In this document: piece after piece, positions 1 to 8,881 of the stretch
Position numbering within the stretch: position 1 is the first letter of the stretch
How the letters are laid out: every line of letters starts with the position of its first letter
Assembly (NCBI GenBank): GCA_964519225.1
Contig: CAZFJK010000001.1
Span: forward strand, 21,804 to 79,622
Reading direction: 5' to 3'
Length of the DNA stretch: 57,819 nucleotides
DNA from: an uncultured Methanosarcinales archaeon
GTDB taxonomy: Archaea > Nanobdellota > Nanobdellia > Woesearchaeales > B54-G15
The notes under the pieces: generated by a model
What the model saw: the letters and a program-made list of their open reading frames with translations, nothing else
Told to the model about the DNA's origin: nothing
The model's database searches: none
Translations under genes and position numbers: made by a program

Positions 1-143
1 TAATTCACTGCTCCGATTTTATGCGCAAACCATTCCAGACCTGAAGCAGGAAAATACTCTTCTGCCTTCCCCCTAAAGCCGACCATGGCAAGAACATAGC
101 CTTGCTCAGCACCTTTCCTAACAAACTCAATCACATCTCTCAT
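1..143 (-). CDS. hypothetical protein; N-terminus in window, rest runs off the left edge
   Basis: ATG at 143 on minus strand, open to position 1 (MRDVIEFVRKGAEQGYVLAMVGFRGKAEEYFPASGLEWFAHKIGAVN...). Absent from ORF track because incomplete. No recognisable motif. Confidence 0.35.
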   Translation of the reverse strand, partial: MRDVIEFVRKGAEQGYVLAMVGFRGKAEEYFPASGLEWFAHKIGAVN

Positions 144-351
144 ACACGCTTATACTTTCTTTGGCATTTTTAAAATTAATGTTCGAAAATTGGAAAGCTC
201 TGCTATATCCTTTAATAGCTTTAAGTATGTTTTTTATTTTCGAAGTCATTCCACCGTCGGACGAGAAAAATTTCAGCGACGCAAGAGGAGCGAAAAAAAA
301 CATAGGTTTATTTATGAAATCATTTAGAGAACCGTTTTCTGTAAGTAAAAA

Positions 352-426
352 TGGGGCTGCCCGGATTTGAACCGGGGTCTCCGCCTCCCGAAGGCGAAAG
401 GCTAGGCCAAGCTACCCCACAGCCCC
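352..426 (-). tRNA. tRNA-Pro (anticodon CGG)
   Basis: Hand-folded cloverleaf: acceptor GGGGCUG/CAGCCCC, T arm CCCGG-UUCAAAU-CCGGG, anticodon stem UCGCC/GGCGG with loop UU-CGG-GA (G37). Discriminator A, no encoded CCA, followed by an oligo-T run. Confidence 0.9.
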
Positions 427-445
427 ATAAAACAAAGAGAAGCAT

Positions 446-820
446 TCAATAATAAGGTTTTCTATACGTTGCGTCGGTTTTAAATCGGTTAATGATAGCC
501 TGTCTCGCCTTCTTCAATAAAACATTTACCGCAGCAACAGCGTCCCATCTCGCTGCTTCATAGATCTTATCAACAACTATCGGCCTTCCAGGAAAATCAA
601 TCATCAATCTAATGCTATACTTTTCCCTGCCACCCTTCTCATATTTTTTAAAATGCAAATGGATGTCAGCAACCTGTCCAAGCTCCCTTTCAAGCTCAAT
701 ATAATGCTGATAAAGCAGTTCCTTTATCCTTTTCTGATCATCTGGATGGACGACATCAAAGCCTTTAAAGAAAACATTCTTTATTTTGAACATTGCCTTA
801 TCCTTCTTTTTCTTTGCCAT
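446..820 (-). CDS. small protein with HPF/RaiA (ribosome hibernation factor)-like beta-alpha-beta-beta-beta-alpha pattern (tentative)
   Basis: ORF track 446..838; ATG at 820 (MAKKKKDKAMFKIK) preferred over the TTG at 838. Element order VFFKGFD / DDQKRIKELLYQHYIELEREL / ADIHLHFKKYEK / KYSIRLMIDFPG..IVVDKIYE / WDAVAAVNVLLKKARQAIINRFK parallels E. coli RaiA/HPF by eye. Confidence 0.55.
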   Translation of the reverse strand: MAKKKKDKAMFKIKNVFFKGFDVVHPDDQKRIKELLYQHYIELERELGQVADIHLHFKKYEKGGREKYSIRLMIDFPGRPIVVDKIYEAARWDAVAAVNVLLKKARQAIINRFKTDATYRKPYY

Positions 821-1162
821 CAAAAACCGTTTTAACAAAAACCTATAAATAATTTTTGATTAATCTCAAAGCTTGAGTCTAACAACCGCTTGATCCTTGA
901 TCCTTAACAAGCATGGCAAAGACATCTGTTAAAGCCTTAATAGCTTCTTGAAATTCTTTTGCAGAAGCTGCGTAGCTTTTCTCATCTTTATCAGCCTCAC
1001 TAATCCACTCCTCTAACTTCAAAAACTTTCTCTGCATATTGAATCTTTTCTAAATATCTCTCTTTTCGCTTCTTATCTAATTGCATATAAAGTTTCCAAA
1101 CAATGGACAGATTTAAATGTTTCCAGCAAATAGTTTTTAAAGAAGTCCTTATTCCATTTCTT

Positions 1163-1825
1163 ATGCTTATCGCTGGCATAGACGATGCAGGAAGAGGTCC
1201 TGTCATAGGACCGATGGTTATTGCATTCGCTGCTACAGAAGAAACAAAACTAAAAGACCTGAAAAAACTCGGCGTTAAAGATTCAAAATTGCTTTCCAAA
1301 AAGCAAAGAGAAACGCTATTCAAAAAAATAAAACAGATCGCAAAAACAGATTTCGTTTTAATACATCCAAAAGAAATCGACCGCTATCTCTCAACACCAG
1401 GAACAAACATAAACATGCTCGAGGCAGAAAAGATGGCTTTCCTAATCAGCAAAATCAAACCGGATAAAGCAATAATCGATTGTCCAAGTCCAAACACGAA
1501 AAAATTTAAAGAACTAATTGAAAGATTAATCAATACCAAATGCATAATCATAACAGAACATAAAGCAGATTTGCGCTTTCCGATTGTCAGCGCAGCATCA
1601 ATCATCGCAAAAGTTATTAGAGACGACGAAATCGATAAAATAAAAAAAGAAATCGGTTATGATTTTGGAAGCGGCTATTCCAGTGATCCAAGAACAGTTA
1701 AGTTCCTTAAAGAATACTGGCGAACGCATCCGGACATATTTAGAAAAGAATGGATATCATACAAAATGGTAAAAGAAAAAGCTTCACAACCAACGTTGAG
1801 CAAATTCTTTGAAGAAAATGACTAG
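1163..1825 (+). CDS. rnhB: ribonuclease HII
   Basis: N-terminal catalytic motif GIDDAGRGPVIGPMV and archaeal RNase HII length. ATG at 1163 (MLIAGIDDAGRG) preferred over track start 1103. Confidence 0.9.
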   Translation: MLIAGIDDAGRGPVIGPMVIAFAATEETKLKDLKKLGVKDSKLLSKKQRETLFKKIKQIAKTDFVLIHPKEIDRYLSTPGTNINMLEAEKMAFLISKIKPDKAIIDCPSPNTKKFKELIERLINTKCIIITEHKADLRFPIVSAASIIAKVIRDDEIDKIKKEIGYDFGSGYSSDPRTVKFLKEYWRTHPDIFRKEWISYKMVKEKASQPTLSKFFEEND

Positions 1826-4800
1826 AATAAACAAAATCTTAATCCACGGATTCAAAAGTTTCGCGCACAAAACAGAAATCCTATTCGACAAAGACTTCAA
1901 TGCTGTAATCGGACCAAACGGCTCTGGCAAAAGCAATATTAGCGATGCGGTATGCTTCGTTCTTGGAAAACTCAGCTCAAAATCACTACGCGTAGAAAAA
2001 GCAGCAAACCTAATCTACAACGGCGGAAAAACAAGAAAGCCAATGCAGCAGGCAGAAGTAAGCATATATTTTGATAATAGCAAAAAAATATTCCCATACA
2101 AAGATGATGAAATAAAGATAACAAGAATAATCAAACAAAATGGTCAATCGGTATACAAAATAAATGACAAAAGAGTTACGCGAAATCAAATTCTTGATCT
2201 TCTCTCAATAGCGAAGATAGACCCAGAAGGATATAACATCATTCTTCAAGGCGATATCGCGAAATTCACAGAGATGAAACCAGAGGATAGACGAAGAATT
2301 ATCGAAGAGATAAGCGGCATAGCAGTATATGAAGACAAAAAACAAAAAGCAATGTCCGAGTTGGCGAAAGTCGATGAAAAGCTTAAGGAAGCTGAAATAA
2401 TCCTAACAGAAAGACGCGCCCACTTAAATGAGCTCAAACGCGACAGGGACCAAGCATTGCGCTTTAAACAGATAGAAGAAAAACTCAAATCAGCAAAAGC
2501 AACACTAGTCCACCTAAGACTTGAAGCAAAGAAAAAAGAACTCGAAAAAATAAACAAGCGGATCGAAGAAGAAAATCAAAAACTGCAAAAAATTCAAGAT
2601 AAAATCACGTCAATAAAAAAAGAAATCGAACAAAATCAAGAGAAGATAAACTCAATAAACAAAGAAATCGAACAAAAAGGTGAAAAAGAACAAATCAATT
2701 TGCATAAGCAACTTGAACAACTCAAAATCACAATCACAAAGAAAAAAGAAAAGATTACCTATTACAAGAATCAACTCCTTTCCATTGAAAGAAGAAGAGA
2801 AAGTCTGAAAAAGGAACAGAAAAGCTATGAGGAACAAATAAAAAAACTTACCGAAGAGCGCGATTCATTGCTTAATGAAAGGAAAAAAATCGTATCAGAA
2901 CATTCAGGTATAAAAAACAAACTCCAAGCATTGAAACGGAAGCACGGACTCGACGCCACATCAAACATCGAAGAAAAGCTAACTGCAATAGACAAAGAAC
3001 TCGATCAACTCATCCAGCAGGTGCAATCACTGAGGGAAAAGCAGCAAGACCTTATCAGAAAAAAAGATGCTATTCAATTCCAGATAAATAGTATCGATGA
3101 AAAAATCGAAAAAGTAAAGAAAGTAGAAAAAGAAAACGAAGAACAAATAAAGGAATTAAAACATCTAAAAGCAACCCTTTCAACTCTAACAAAAGAACTC
3201 AATACTTGTATTGAACGTGATTCCTTCTTGGCGAGAAAACTAACTCAACTCAACAACCAGCTTCAAGCAAAACAAACAGAACTTGCTAAGCTCAGGGCAA
3301 AGGCGGTAGAGCTGAGAGAGACAACAATAAGCAATATAGCAATAGAAAAAATCCTAAAACAAAAAGAAAAAATAAGAGGAATTCATGGAATACTAACAGA
3401 ACTCGGCTCTGTCGATGAACGCTATGCCTTAGCGCTTGAAATCGCAGCAGGACCAAGAGCAAAAAGTATAGTAGTTGAAACAGACAAAGTTGCAGCTGAC
3501 TGTATCAAATTCTTGAAAAAAAACAAATATGGGGTTGCTACTTTTATTCCACTCAATAAAATAAAAGGGAAGCAAATCCCGCAAGGCGTAAAAAAAGAAA
3601 AGGGCGTCATCGGTCGTGCAATCGATCTCATAGACTTTGACCCAAAATACAAAAAGGCATTCAGTTACGTATTTGGCGATACGCTTGTCGTTCTCAATAT
3701 CGATACAGCCAGAAAAATTGGCATCGGAAAGATAAGAATGGTTACTCTTGATGGTGACCTCTGCGAAATCAGTGGCGTTATGCAAGGCGGCAGCAGAAAA
3801 AAAGGAAAAGGACTGTTTGCAGCATCAGAACTGAAGAAGAAAATCAGCACCGCAGAAGAAGAGATCGCATCCATCGAACAGGAAAAAAACGATCTTGAAC
3901 GTGCGCGAAGTCTCAATGAAGAAAAAATATCAAATTTACGCAAGAAAATCTCAGAGCAGGAGGCTGCAATAATAAAGCTTGAAAGAACGCTCCATCTCGA
4001 ATCCGAAGACCTTAATGCTTCGCTCGAACTGAAAGAAAAGCTAAGAAAAGATGAAAGCGAATTGCAAAACCAAATCACAGCAATACAGGAAGAAATAACA
4101 ACCATCACAAAGAGGATAGCGGCACTAAAATCAGAAAAAAATCAGTTAAGAGAAAAACTTGCTGAGATTAGGTCCCCAACCCTGATAGCAACGATTAGCA
4201 CATTTGAAGAACAGGAAAGGAAACTGAATGAAGAATTGCTTAAGATTAATAACAAAATAAATAACACTGAAAGCAAAATAAACGATATCCTGATACCAGA
4301 AAGCAAAAAAATCCAGAAAATCTTGTTGCAGCAAGAGAAAGAAGAAAAGGCGATAAAAGAAAAAATAAAAGAGTTAACAAACGCAATTAAAAAAGGAACA
4401 GAAGAAATAAAAGAAAAAGAAAAATCGATTAAACGCTTCTATTCTTCATATAGAAGCCTCTTCGCAGAAAGAGACAAACTCAGCGACCAACTTCAGAAAC
4501 TCGAAAATAAAATTGAAGTCGAACGCGAAAAGGCAAAGCAAATCGAGATAAAACTCAATGAAATAAAACTAAAAAGAGCAGAAATGAACGCGTCGATTGC
4601 TGGCATTGAAAAGGAGTTTGAAGAATACAAAGGTGTTCCTATTTTAAGCGAACGGTCGCTTGACGTCTTAAAACAGAAAATCAGCTCCTATGAAAAAGAA
4701 CTCGCATCCATTGGAACAATTAACATGAGAGCTCTAGAAATATACGAACAAGTCGAACAGGAATTCAACCGCTTAATAGAAAAGAAAACAAAGCTCCTTC

Positions 4801-5300
4801 AAGAAAGGGAGGAGGTTCTTAAAATAATGGAAGAAATAGAGTCAAAAAAGAAAAGTAAATTTATGAAAACATTTGCCACGCTTAACAAGCAATTTAAGCG
4901 CATCTTCTCTGAACTTGCAACAAAGGGCGAAGCAAGCCTTGTTCTTGAAAACCAAGAAAATCCATTCGATGCTGGTGTCGATATAAAAGTCAGAATCACA
5001 GGAAGCAGATTTCTCGATATCAGATCTCTCTCAGGCGGTGAAAAGACCTTGACAGCGTTAGCATTCATATTTGCAATCCAAGAATATGAGCCTCATTCAT
5101 TTTATCTTTTTGATGAAGTAGATGCTGCTCTCGACAAACGCAACAGCGAACTTCTTGCAAAACTTATAAGAAAATACTCAAAAAACGCCCAGTATATTGT
5201 AATAACCCACAACGACTCGATCATTTCTGAAGCAGATAATCTGTTTGGGGTAAGTATGAATGAAGAAGGAATGAGCAAGGTTGTAAGCTTACGCTTGTAA
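1818..5300 (+). CDS. smc: SMC chromosome segregation ATPase
   Basis: Walker A GPNGSGKSN, long heptad-rich coiled-coil arms with a central hinge, signature LSGGEKTLTALAFIFA, Walker B FYLFDEVDAALD. ATG 1818 overlaps the rnhB stop by 8 nt. Confidence 0.95.
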   Translation: MTRINKILIHGFKSFAHKTEILFDKDFNAVIGPNGSGKSNISDAVCFVLGKLSSKSLRVEKAANLIYNGGKTRKPMQQAEVSIYFDNSKKIFPYKDDEIKITRIIKQNGQSVYKINDKRVTRNQILDLLSIAKIDPEGYNIILQGDIAKFTEMKPEDRRRIIEEISGIAVYEDKKQKAMSELAKVDEKLKEAEIILTERRAHLNELKRDRDQALRFKQIEEKLKSAKATLVHLRLEAKKKELEKINKRIEEENQKLQKIQDKITSIKKEIEQNQEKINSINKEIEQKGEKEQINLHKQLEQLKITITKKKEKITYYKNQLLSIERRRESLKKEQKSYEEQIKKLTEERDSLLNERKKIVSEHSGIKNKLQALKRKHGLDATSNIEEKLTAIDKELDQLIQQVQSLREKQQDLIRKKDAIQFQINSIDEKIEKVKKVEKENEEQIKELKHLKATLSTLTKELNTCIERDSFLARKLTQLNNQLQAKQTELAKLRAKAVELRETTISNIAIEKILKQKEKIRGIHGILTELGSVDERYALALEIAAGPRAKSIVVETDKVAADCIKFLKKNKYGVATFIPLNKIKGKQIPQGVKKEKGVIGRAIDLIDFDPKYKKAFSYVFGDTLVVLNIDTARKIGIGKIRMVTLDGDLCEISGVMQGGSRKKGKGLFAASELKKKISTAEEEIASIEQEKNDLERARSLNEEKISNLRKKISEQEAAIIKLERTLHLESEDLNASLELKEKLRKDESELQNQITAIQEEITTITKRIAALKSEKNQLREKLAEIRSPTLIATISTFEEQERKLNEELLKINNKINNTESKINDILIPESKKIQKILLQQEKEEKAIKEKIKELTNAIKKGTEEIKEKEKSIKRFYSSYRSLFAERDKLSDQLQKLENKIEVEREKAKQIEIKLNEIKLKRAEMNASIAGIEKEFEEYKGVPILSERSLDVLKQKISSYEKELASIGTINMRALEIYEQVEQEFNRLIEKKTKLLQEREEVLKIMEEIESKKKSKFMKTFATLNKQFKRIFSELATKGEASLVLENQENPFDAGVDIKVRITGSRFLDIRSLSGGEKTLTALAFIFAIQEYEPHSFYLFDEVDAALDKRNSELLAKLIRKYSKNAQYIVITHNDSIISEADNLFGVSMNEEGMSKVVSLRL

Positions 5301-6392
5301 AACCTCAATTAATCGACTAACAGTGCTCTTAAAATCAAATTTCCTTGCTGTTCTAGTTCCTTTTCTACTAAACTCTTTTCTAAGGCCATCGTTATTTGCA
5401 AGATTTAACAAACGTTCATAAAGAATAAAATAGTTTCTTCTCGGAAAGAAAAATCCATTCTCACCATTAACTAAATATTCTGGAATAGCACCGACTCTTG
5501 TTGCTACAACAGCACATCCGCATGCCATTGCCTCAACAGTCGCTAAACTCATTGTTTCAGTTAAACTCGGCATAACAAACAAATCCATTGCTTTTAAGTA
5601 AGGAACAACATCGTCAACAACACCAAAATAATAAATTCCTTCTTTTTCCCTTTTCTTAAAATAGCGCTCAAATCTTTTAAGCATCGGTCCCACAAGGACA
5701 AGATTGCAACCGACTTTTCGTTTCAGCAGTTCAACTCCTTTCAGCAAAGTTAAAGGGTCCTTTTCACAGCTTATCCTTCCACAATACCCTATTGTTAGTT
5801 TATCATCTAAGCCTATTTCTGCCTTTGCACGTTCTCTGCCTAAAGGATTAAATCTTTCTAAATCAACACCCAAAGGAACAACATCCGCTGGCTTGTAAAT
5901 ACCAATGCTTTTTAGCTTATCAACACCCCCTTTGTAAGAAATAAGAAGCTGAGTACTCTTATTATAACAGCGCTTTTCAATAAACTTTACCGCTCTTCCT
6001 AAAATGCTTCCTGCAAAGCCAAAATTGTATTTCGCAACCTCCCATCCAAACGAATGAACATATGAAATGACTTTTTTCTTCAAAGCATGTCCAGCAAGCA
6101 AAGCACTAATGCCAAGAGAAGCAACAGTTTGGTTGAAAACAACATCAGCATTCCTCATCTCTTGCTTCATAACCCAATACCCAAAATGTGGAGCAAAATA
6201 ATCTGCACCTTTAATATGCTTAAAAACCCTTATCTTTCGTGCGATTTCATCAAACTTGGTTATTCCAAGACTAGGAACAACAAGCCTGACATCAATACCT
6301 CGCTTTATCAATTCCGGAATTAGCATTGATAAAAATACACTTACGCCGTCCTTCTTTGGCAAAAACGTGTCCGAAGTAATAAGTACTTTCAT
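5289..6392 (-). CDS. glycosyltransferase, family 4 (GT-B fold)
   Basis: Typical GT4 C-terminal half with E-x7-E motif (ETMSLATVEAMACG...VGAIPEYL). 4-nt overlap with the upstream PIG-L gene. Confidence 0.85.
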   Translation of the reverse strand: MKVLITSDTFLPKKDGVSVFLSMLIPELIKRGIDVRLVVPSLGITKFDEIARKIRVFKHIKGADYFAPHFGYWVMKQEMRNADVVFNQTVASLGISALLAGHALKKKVISYVHSFGWEVAKYNFGFAGSILGRAVKFIEKRCYNKSTQLLISYKGGVDKLKSIGIYKPADVVPLGVDLERFNPLGRERAKAEIGLDDKLTIGYCGRISCEKDPLTLLKGVELLKRKVGCNLVLVGPMLKRFERYFKKREKEGIYYFGVVDDVVPYLKAMDLFVMPSLTETMSLATVEAMACGCAVVATRVGAIPEYLVNGENGFFFPRRNYFILYERLLNLANNDGLRKEFSRKGTRTARKFDFKSTVSRLIEVLQA

Positions 6393-7039
6393 TTTTCTTT
6401 GTAAAACATTTCAGCAAACCTTACGCCACTATGAAGCCCATTCAAAAAAGCACTCAAAAAAATTTTAGTAATAAACATTAAATAAACAATCCATTGACTT
6501 CTAAACATCTTTAACGCCTTTAACTTCAAGCGAAAAGTATCGCTAACATCAACATAAAGTTTCGGCAAATTTCTATGCTTGAATCTAAACAGCGTCCATA
6601 TATCAAAGGAGTATAAATCAGATTTGATTCTGCTTCTCCTTAATCCTTTAACAACAGCATCATGTACAGCTCTATGATCAGGATGAGAATCGTTTATTGA
6701 ATGAACAAAAATCTTACATGGTTTTTTTTCCTTGATTAGCTTGGTTATTTTCTCAACAATTCGGTATTTTTCTATTTCATCTTTGCATTTCCCATCAGCG
6801 AGACCAAAGACATAAGTTCGCCTTAATCCAAGCAGCTTGTTTGCATCAACCAGTTCTTTGAATCTGGTTTCAACAGCAACTCCTTTTTTAAGCCATGGAA
6901 TGCCTGCCTCACCATGAGAAAAAACATAAACATAAACATTATATCCGCATTGCGCATATTTTGCTAGCGTACCACCTGCTCCAATCACGTGATCATCTGA
7001 ATGTGCTACAAAAACAAGAACGTTCTTTCGCTTTTTCAT
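6389..7039 (-). CDS. PIG-L/LmbE family N-acetylglucosaminyl deacetylase
   Basis: Zinc-site motifs VFVAHSDDHVIGAGGT and SHPDHRAVH characteristic of PIG-L/LmbE deacetylases. Confidence 0.85.
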   Translation of the reverse strand: MKKRKNVLVFVAHSDDHVIGAGGTLAKYAQCGYNVYVYVFSHGEAGIPWLKKGVAVETRFKELVDANKLLGLRRTYVFGLADGKCKDEIEKYRIVEKITKLIKEKKPCKIFVHSINDSHPDHRAVHDAVVKGLRRSRIKSDLYSFDIWTLFRFKHRNLPKLYVDVSDTFRLKLKALKMFRSQWIVYLMFITKIFLSAFLNGLHSGVRFAEMFYKEK

Positions 7040-7056
7040 TTCAAAAATGTATTAAA

Positions 7057-7128
7057 TGCGCCGGCCGGGATTCGAACCCGGATCAACGGCTTGGAAGGCC
7101 GCTATCATAGCCATTAGACCACCGGCGC
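7057..7128 (-). tRNA. tRNA-Gly (anticodon UCC)
   Basis: Acceptor GCGCCGG/CCGGCGC, T arm CCGGG-UUCGAAU-CCCGG, anticodon stem GCGGC/GCCGU with loop CU-UCC-AA. Discriminator A, no encoded CCA. Confidence 0.9.
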
Positions 7129-7212
7129 AAACATCTCTAATCCTATGTTACATATTTAAAAATATTTTGACTTAAAATCAATCATACATTTATCTACTCG
7201 CATATAGAAATG

Positions 7213-7220
7213 TTTATATA
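7213..7220 (+). promoter_or_regulatory. archaeal TATA box (TTTATATA) upstream of candidate ncRNA
   Basis: Consensus-like TTTATATA. The hairpin RNA begins 23 nt after its 3' end, the usual TATA-to-start spacing in archaea. Confidence 0.5.
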
Positions 7221-7242
7221 TCCCTTTTCACTTTTCCGTCGA

Positions 7243-7318
7243 AAGCTCTTCGAAAGTTGTTTGCAGGGATCAATTGACTTCGGTCGATTGAGAACTGCAG
7301 CAACTCGAAAGAGAGCTT
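7243..7318 (+). ncRNA. candidate structured small RNA (76-nt rod-like hairpin, cUUCGg tetraloop), family unknown
   Basis: Outer stem 7243-7249/7312-7318 (7 bp). Purine-rich internal loop built from two UCGAAAG heptamers. 10-bp helix 7256-7266/7295-7304 with one bulged U. 3x3 GGA/GAA loop. 9-bp helix 7270-7278/7283-7291 capped by C(UUCG)G. Two G-U wobbles fit the + strand only. Confidence 0.5.
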
Positions 7319-7325
7319 CTAATTC

Positions 7326-7844
7326 TCAAATCAATTCTTTAGCCGTAGAGAAAAACTCATCTGGCTTTAGGACAGAAAATCCAGCATAACCATCGATTAT
7401 TTCAACATGTAAAATCTTATCAGGATTTTCTAAATCAACCTTCTCCTCAATAAGCGAAGCAAGTTCCTTTATTATTTCCTCCCTATGCATTTCAGTATAT
7501 CTTCTCTTTTCAACCTCCATCATCCATCGCTCACCATGTTTAATTCGCTCTTTCAACTCGAGAACAACCTTTTTCATCTCATCGATGTCGGCCTTACACC
7601 ATTTATCTATCGGCAACCACTTTACAGAAAAGTTTATTGAAAGAGGATTTGCTTTAAATTCCTCCCGCACTAACTTTATAACCCTTCTTGCATCGAGCTT
7701 TGTTTTAACGCCGATTATGCCTCGTGCTTTTGTTTGTTCAACAACAGCTTCAGTATCGCCGAATTTATTAAGCAGGTCTTTAACCTCACCGATAGCGGCA
7801 AAACAATTCCAGCCGCAACTTACAAGTAGATTATACTCATACAT
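7326..7844 (-). CDS. THUMP domain-containing protein
   Basis: About 170-aa archaeal stand-alone THUMP pattern (NLLVSCG...GIIGVKT...WLPID...ERWMMEVEKRR). Start overlaps the fen stop by 8 nt. Confidence 0.7.
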   Translation of the reverse strand: MYEYNLLVSCGWNCFAAIGEVKDLLNKFGDTEAVVEQTKARGIIGVKTKLDARRVIKLVREEFKANPLSINFSVKWLPIDKWCKADIDEMKKVVLELKERIKHGERWMMEVEKRRYTEMHREEIIKELASLIEEKVDLENPDKILHVEIIDGYAGFSVLKPDEFFSTAKELI

Positions 7845-8733
7845 TTTCTAACTTCTTTAGCGTACTTTCAACCCTTTCTACATCAAAGTCATGTTCGTCG
7901 CACAAAAATCTTATTATGGCTTTCCGCTTAATCTTTCTCCACTTTAGCCTATAATCTATTGTTACAGGAATATTCTCAATCAAATAAAATAAATCTTTCC
8001 AGTGAAAAGTAAAAGGCCATTTAACATAAGAAAAAACCCTTAACCCATAGCGCTTAACCAGCTTCAATGCTTTTCTCGGCCCAATTCCAGGAACGCCACC
8101 AGGATTAAAATCAGTTCCGCTCAAAATGCACAAAGCAATAAATTTTTTCTTATCCAAACCTAAACTCTTTCTGATTTCACGCCATTCATAAAGATAAGGC
8201 CCGTACCATACAAAGCCCCCTTTTGGGAGTCTCCTTTTTTTGCTGAAAGTTAAATTCTGAACCAACCTTTTTGCACAAAACATTATAGCGTCAAGGTCCT
8301 TGCTTGCAACTGCCCAGACATCACCTCTTGAACACATAAAAGCAGCTTGTGCCTCAGCTTCACTCGGCGCTTGAATTACTGGCAACCCAAGTAAGCGTAA
8401 TAATCGCTTGCTAGAATCAATAATATATCTTGTCACAGTTTTTGTAATCCTCGGTTTTGCCAAATGATAAAATCTCTTATAGTGTATTCCAACACTTGGA
8501 AAAAAGCCATCAAAAACAAAACAAAGTTTTATTCCTTCTGCCATCAGTCTTGTTGTTCTAAAGAACAAGCCATTTAAATGCGAAGTTATCCTACCATGAT
8601 TATCAGTTAATTTCGGAAGCGTTGTAAGAAACTCATACAGATGAACATATGTATCAACAGCGAGTGTTTTCCCTTTTAGTTCAAGAAAAGAAACATCTCT
8701 TCTAGGTAAGATGTTGCCTAATTTTAATCCCAT
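7837..8733 (-). CDS. fen: flap endonuclease 1 (FEN-1), short form
   Basis: MGLKLGNILPRR..., AVDT, GRITSHLNGLFFRT, FVFDG, QAPSEAEAQAA, SKDLDAIMF, GTDFNPGGVPGIG, FLCDEHDF. ATG at 8733 preferred over track start 8802. Confidence 0.9.
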   Translation of the reverse strand: MGLKLGNILPRRDVSFLELKGKTLAVDTYVHLYEFLTTLPKLTDNHGRITSHLNGLFFRTTRLMAEGIKLCFVFDGFFPSVGIHYKRFYHLAKPRITKTVTRYIIDSSKRLLRLLGLPVIQAPSEAEAQAAFMCSRGDVWAVASKDLDAIMFCAKRLVQNLTFSKKRRLPKGGFVWYGPYLYEWREIRKSLGLDKKKFIALCILSGTDFNPGGVPGIGPRKALKLVKRYGLRVFSYVKWPFTFHWKDLFYLIENIPVTIDYRLKWRKIKRKAIIRFLCDEHDFDVERVESTLKKLENV

Positions 8734-8881
8734 CTTACTCAATAACACACAAATCTTTATATATAAGTTTTTGTTTTCATAACTAACAAGAGATGATAGC
8801 AACTTCCTCCTTACGCAGGAACATCAGCAAGTCCTTATTTAAAAATAAAAACAAAAAAGAGGTTGTTTGGGGTGGGAAAAT

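Noticed and set aside
161-370. 69-aa + strand ORF in the first intergenic region
   Set aside because: TTG start and hydrophobic low-complexity sequence. It runs 19 nt into the tRNA-Pro gene on the opposite strand. No ribosome-binding site.
879-1037. Untracked 52-codon minus-strand ORF (MQRKFLKLEEWISEADKDEKSYAASAKEFQEAIKALTDVFAMLVKDQGSSGC) between the HPF-like gene and rnhB
   Set aside because: Plausible helical peptide, but no Shine-Dalgarno or TATA support seen and no motif. Too short to call without conservation data. The tracked ORF 1000..1323 overlapping rnhB looks spurious.
2246-5308. Multiple minus-strand ORFs inside smc (2246.., 2652.., 3422.., 3429.., 3665.., 4146.., 4799.., 5102..)
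   Set aside because: Antisense to a strongly supported gene. Ser/Phe/Leu-rich low-complexity translations typical of the reverse frame of K/E-rich coiled-coil coding sequence.
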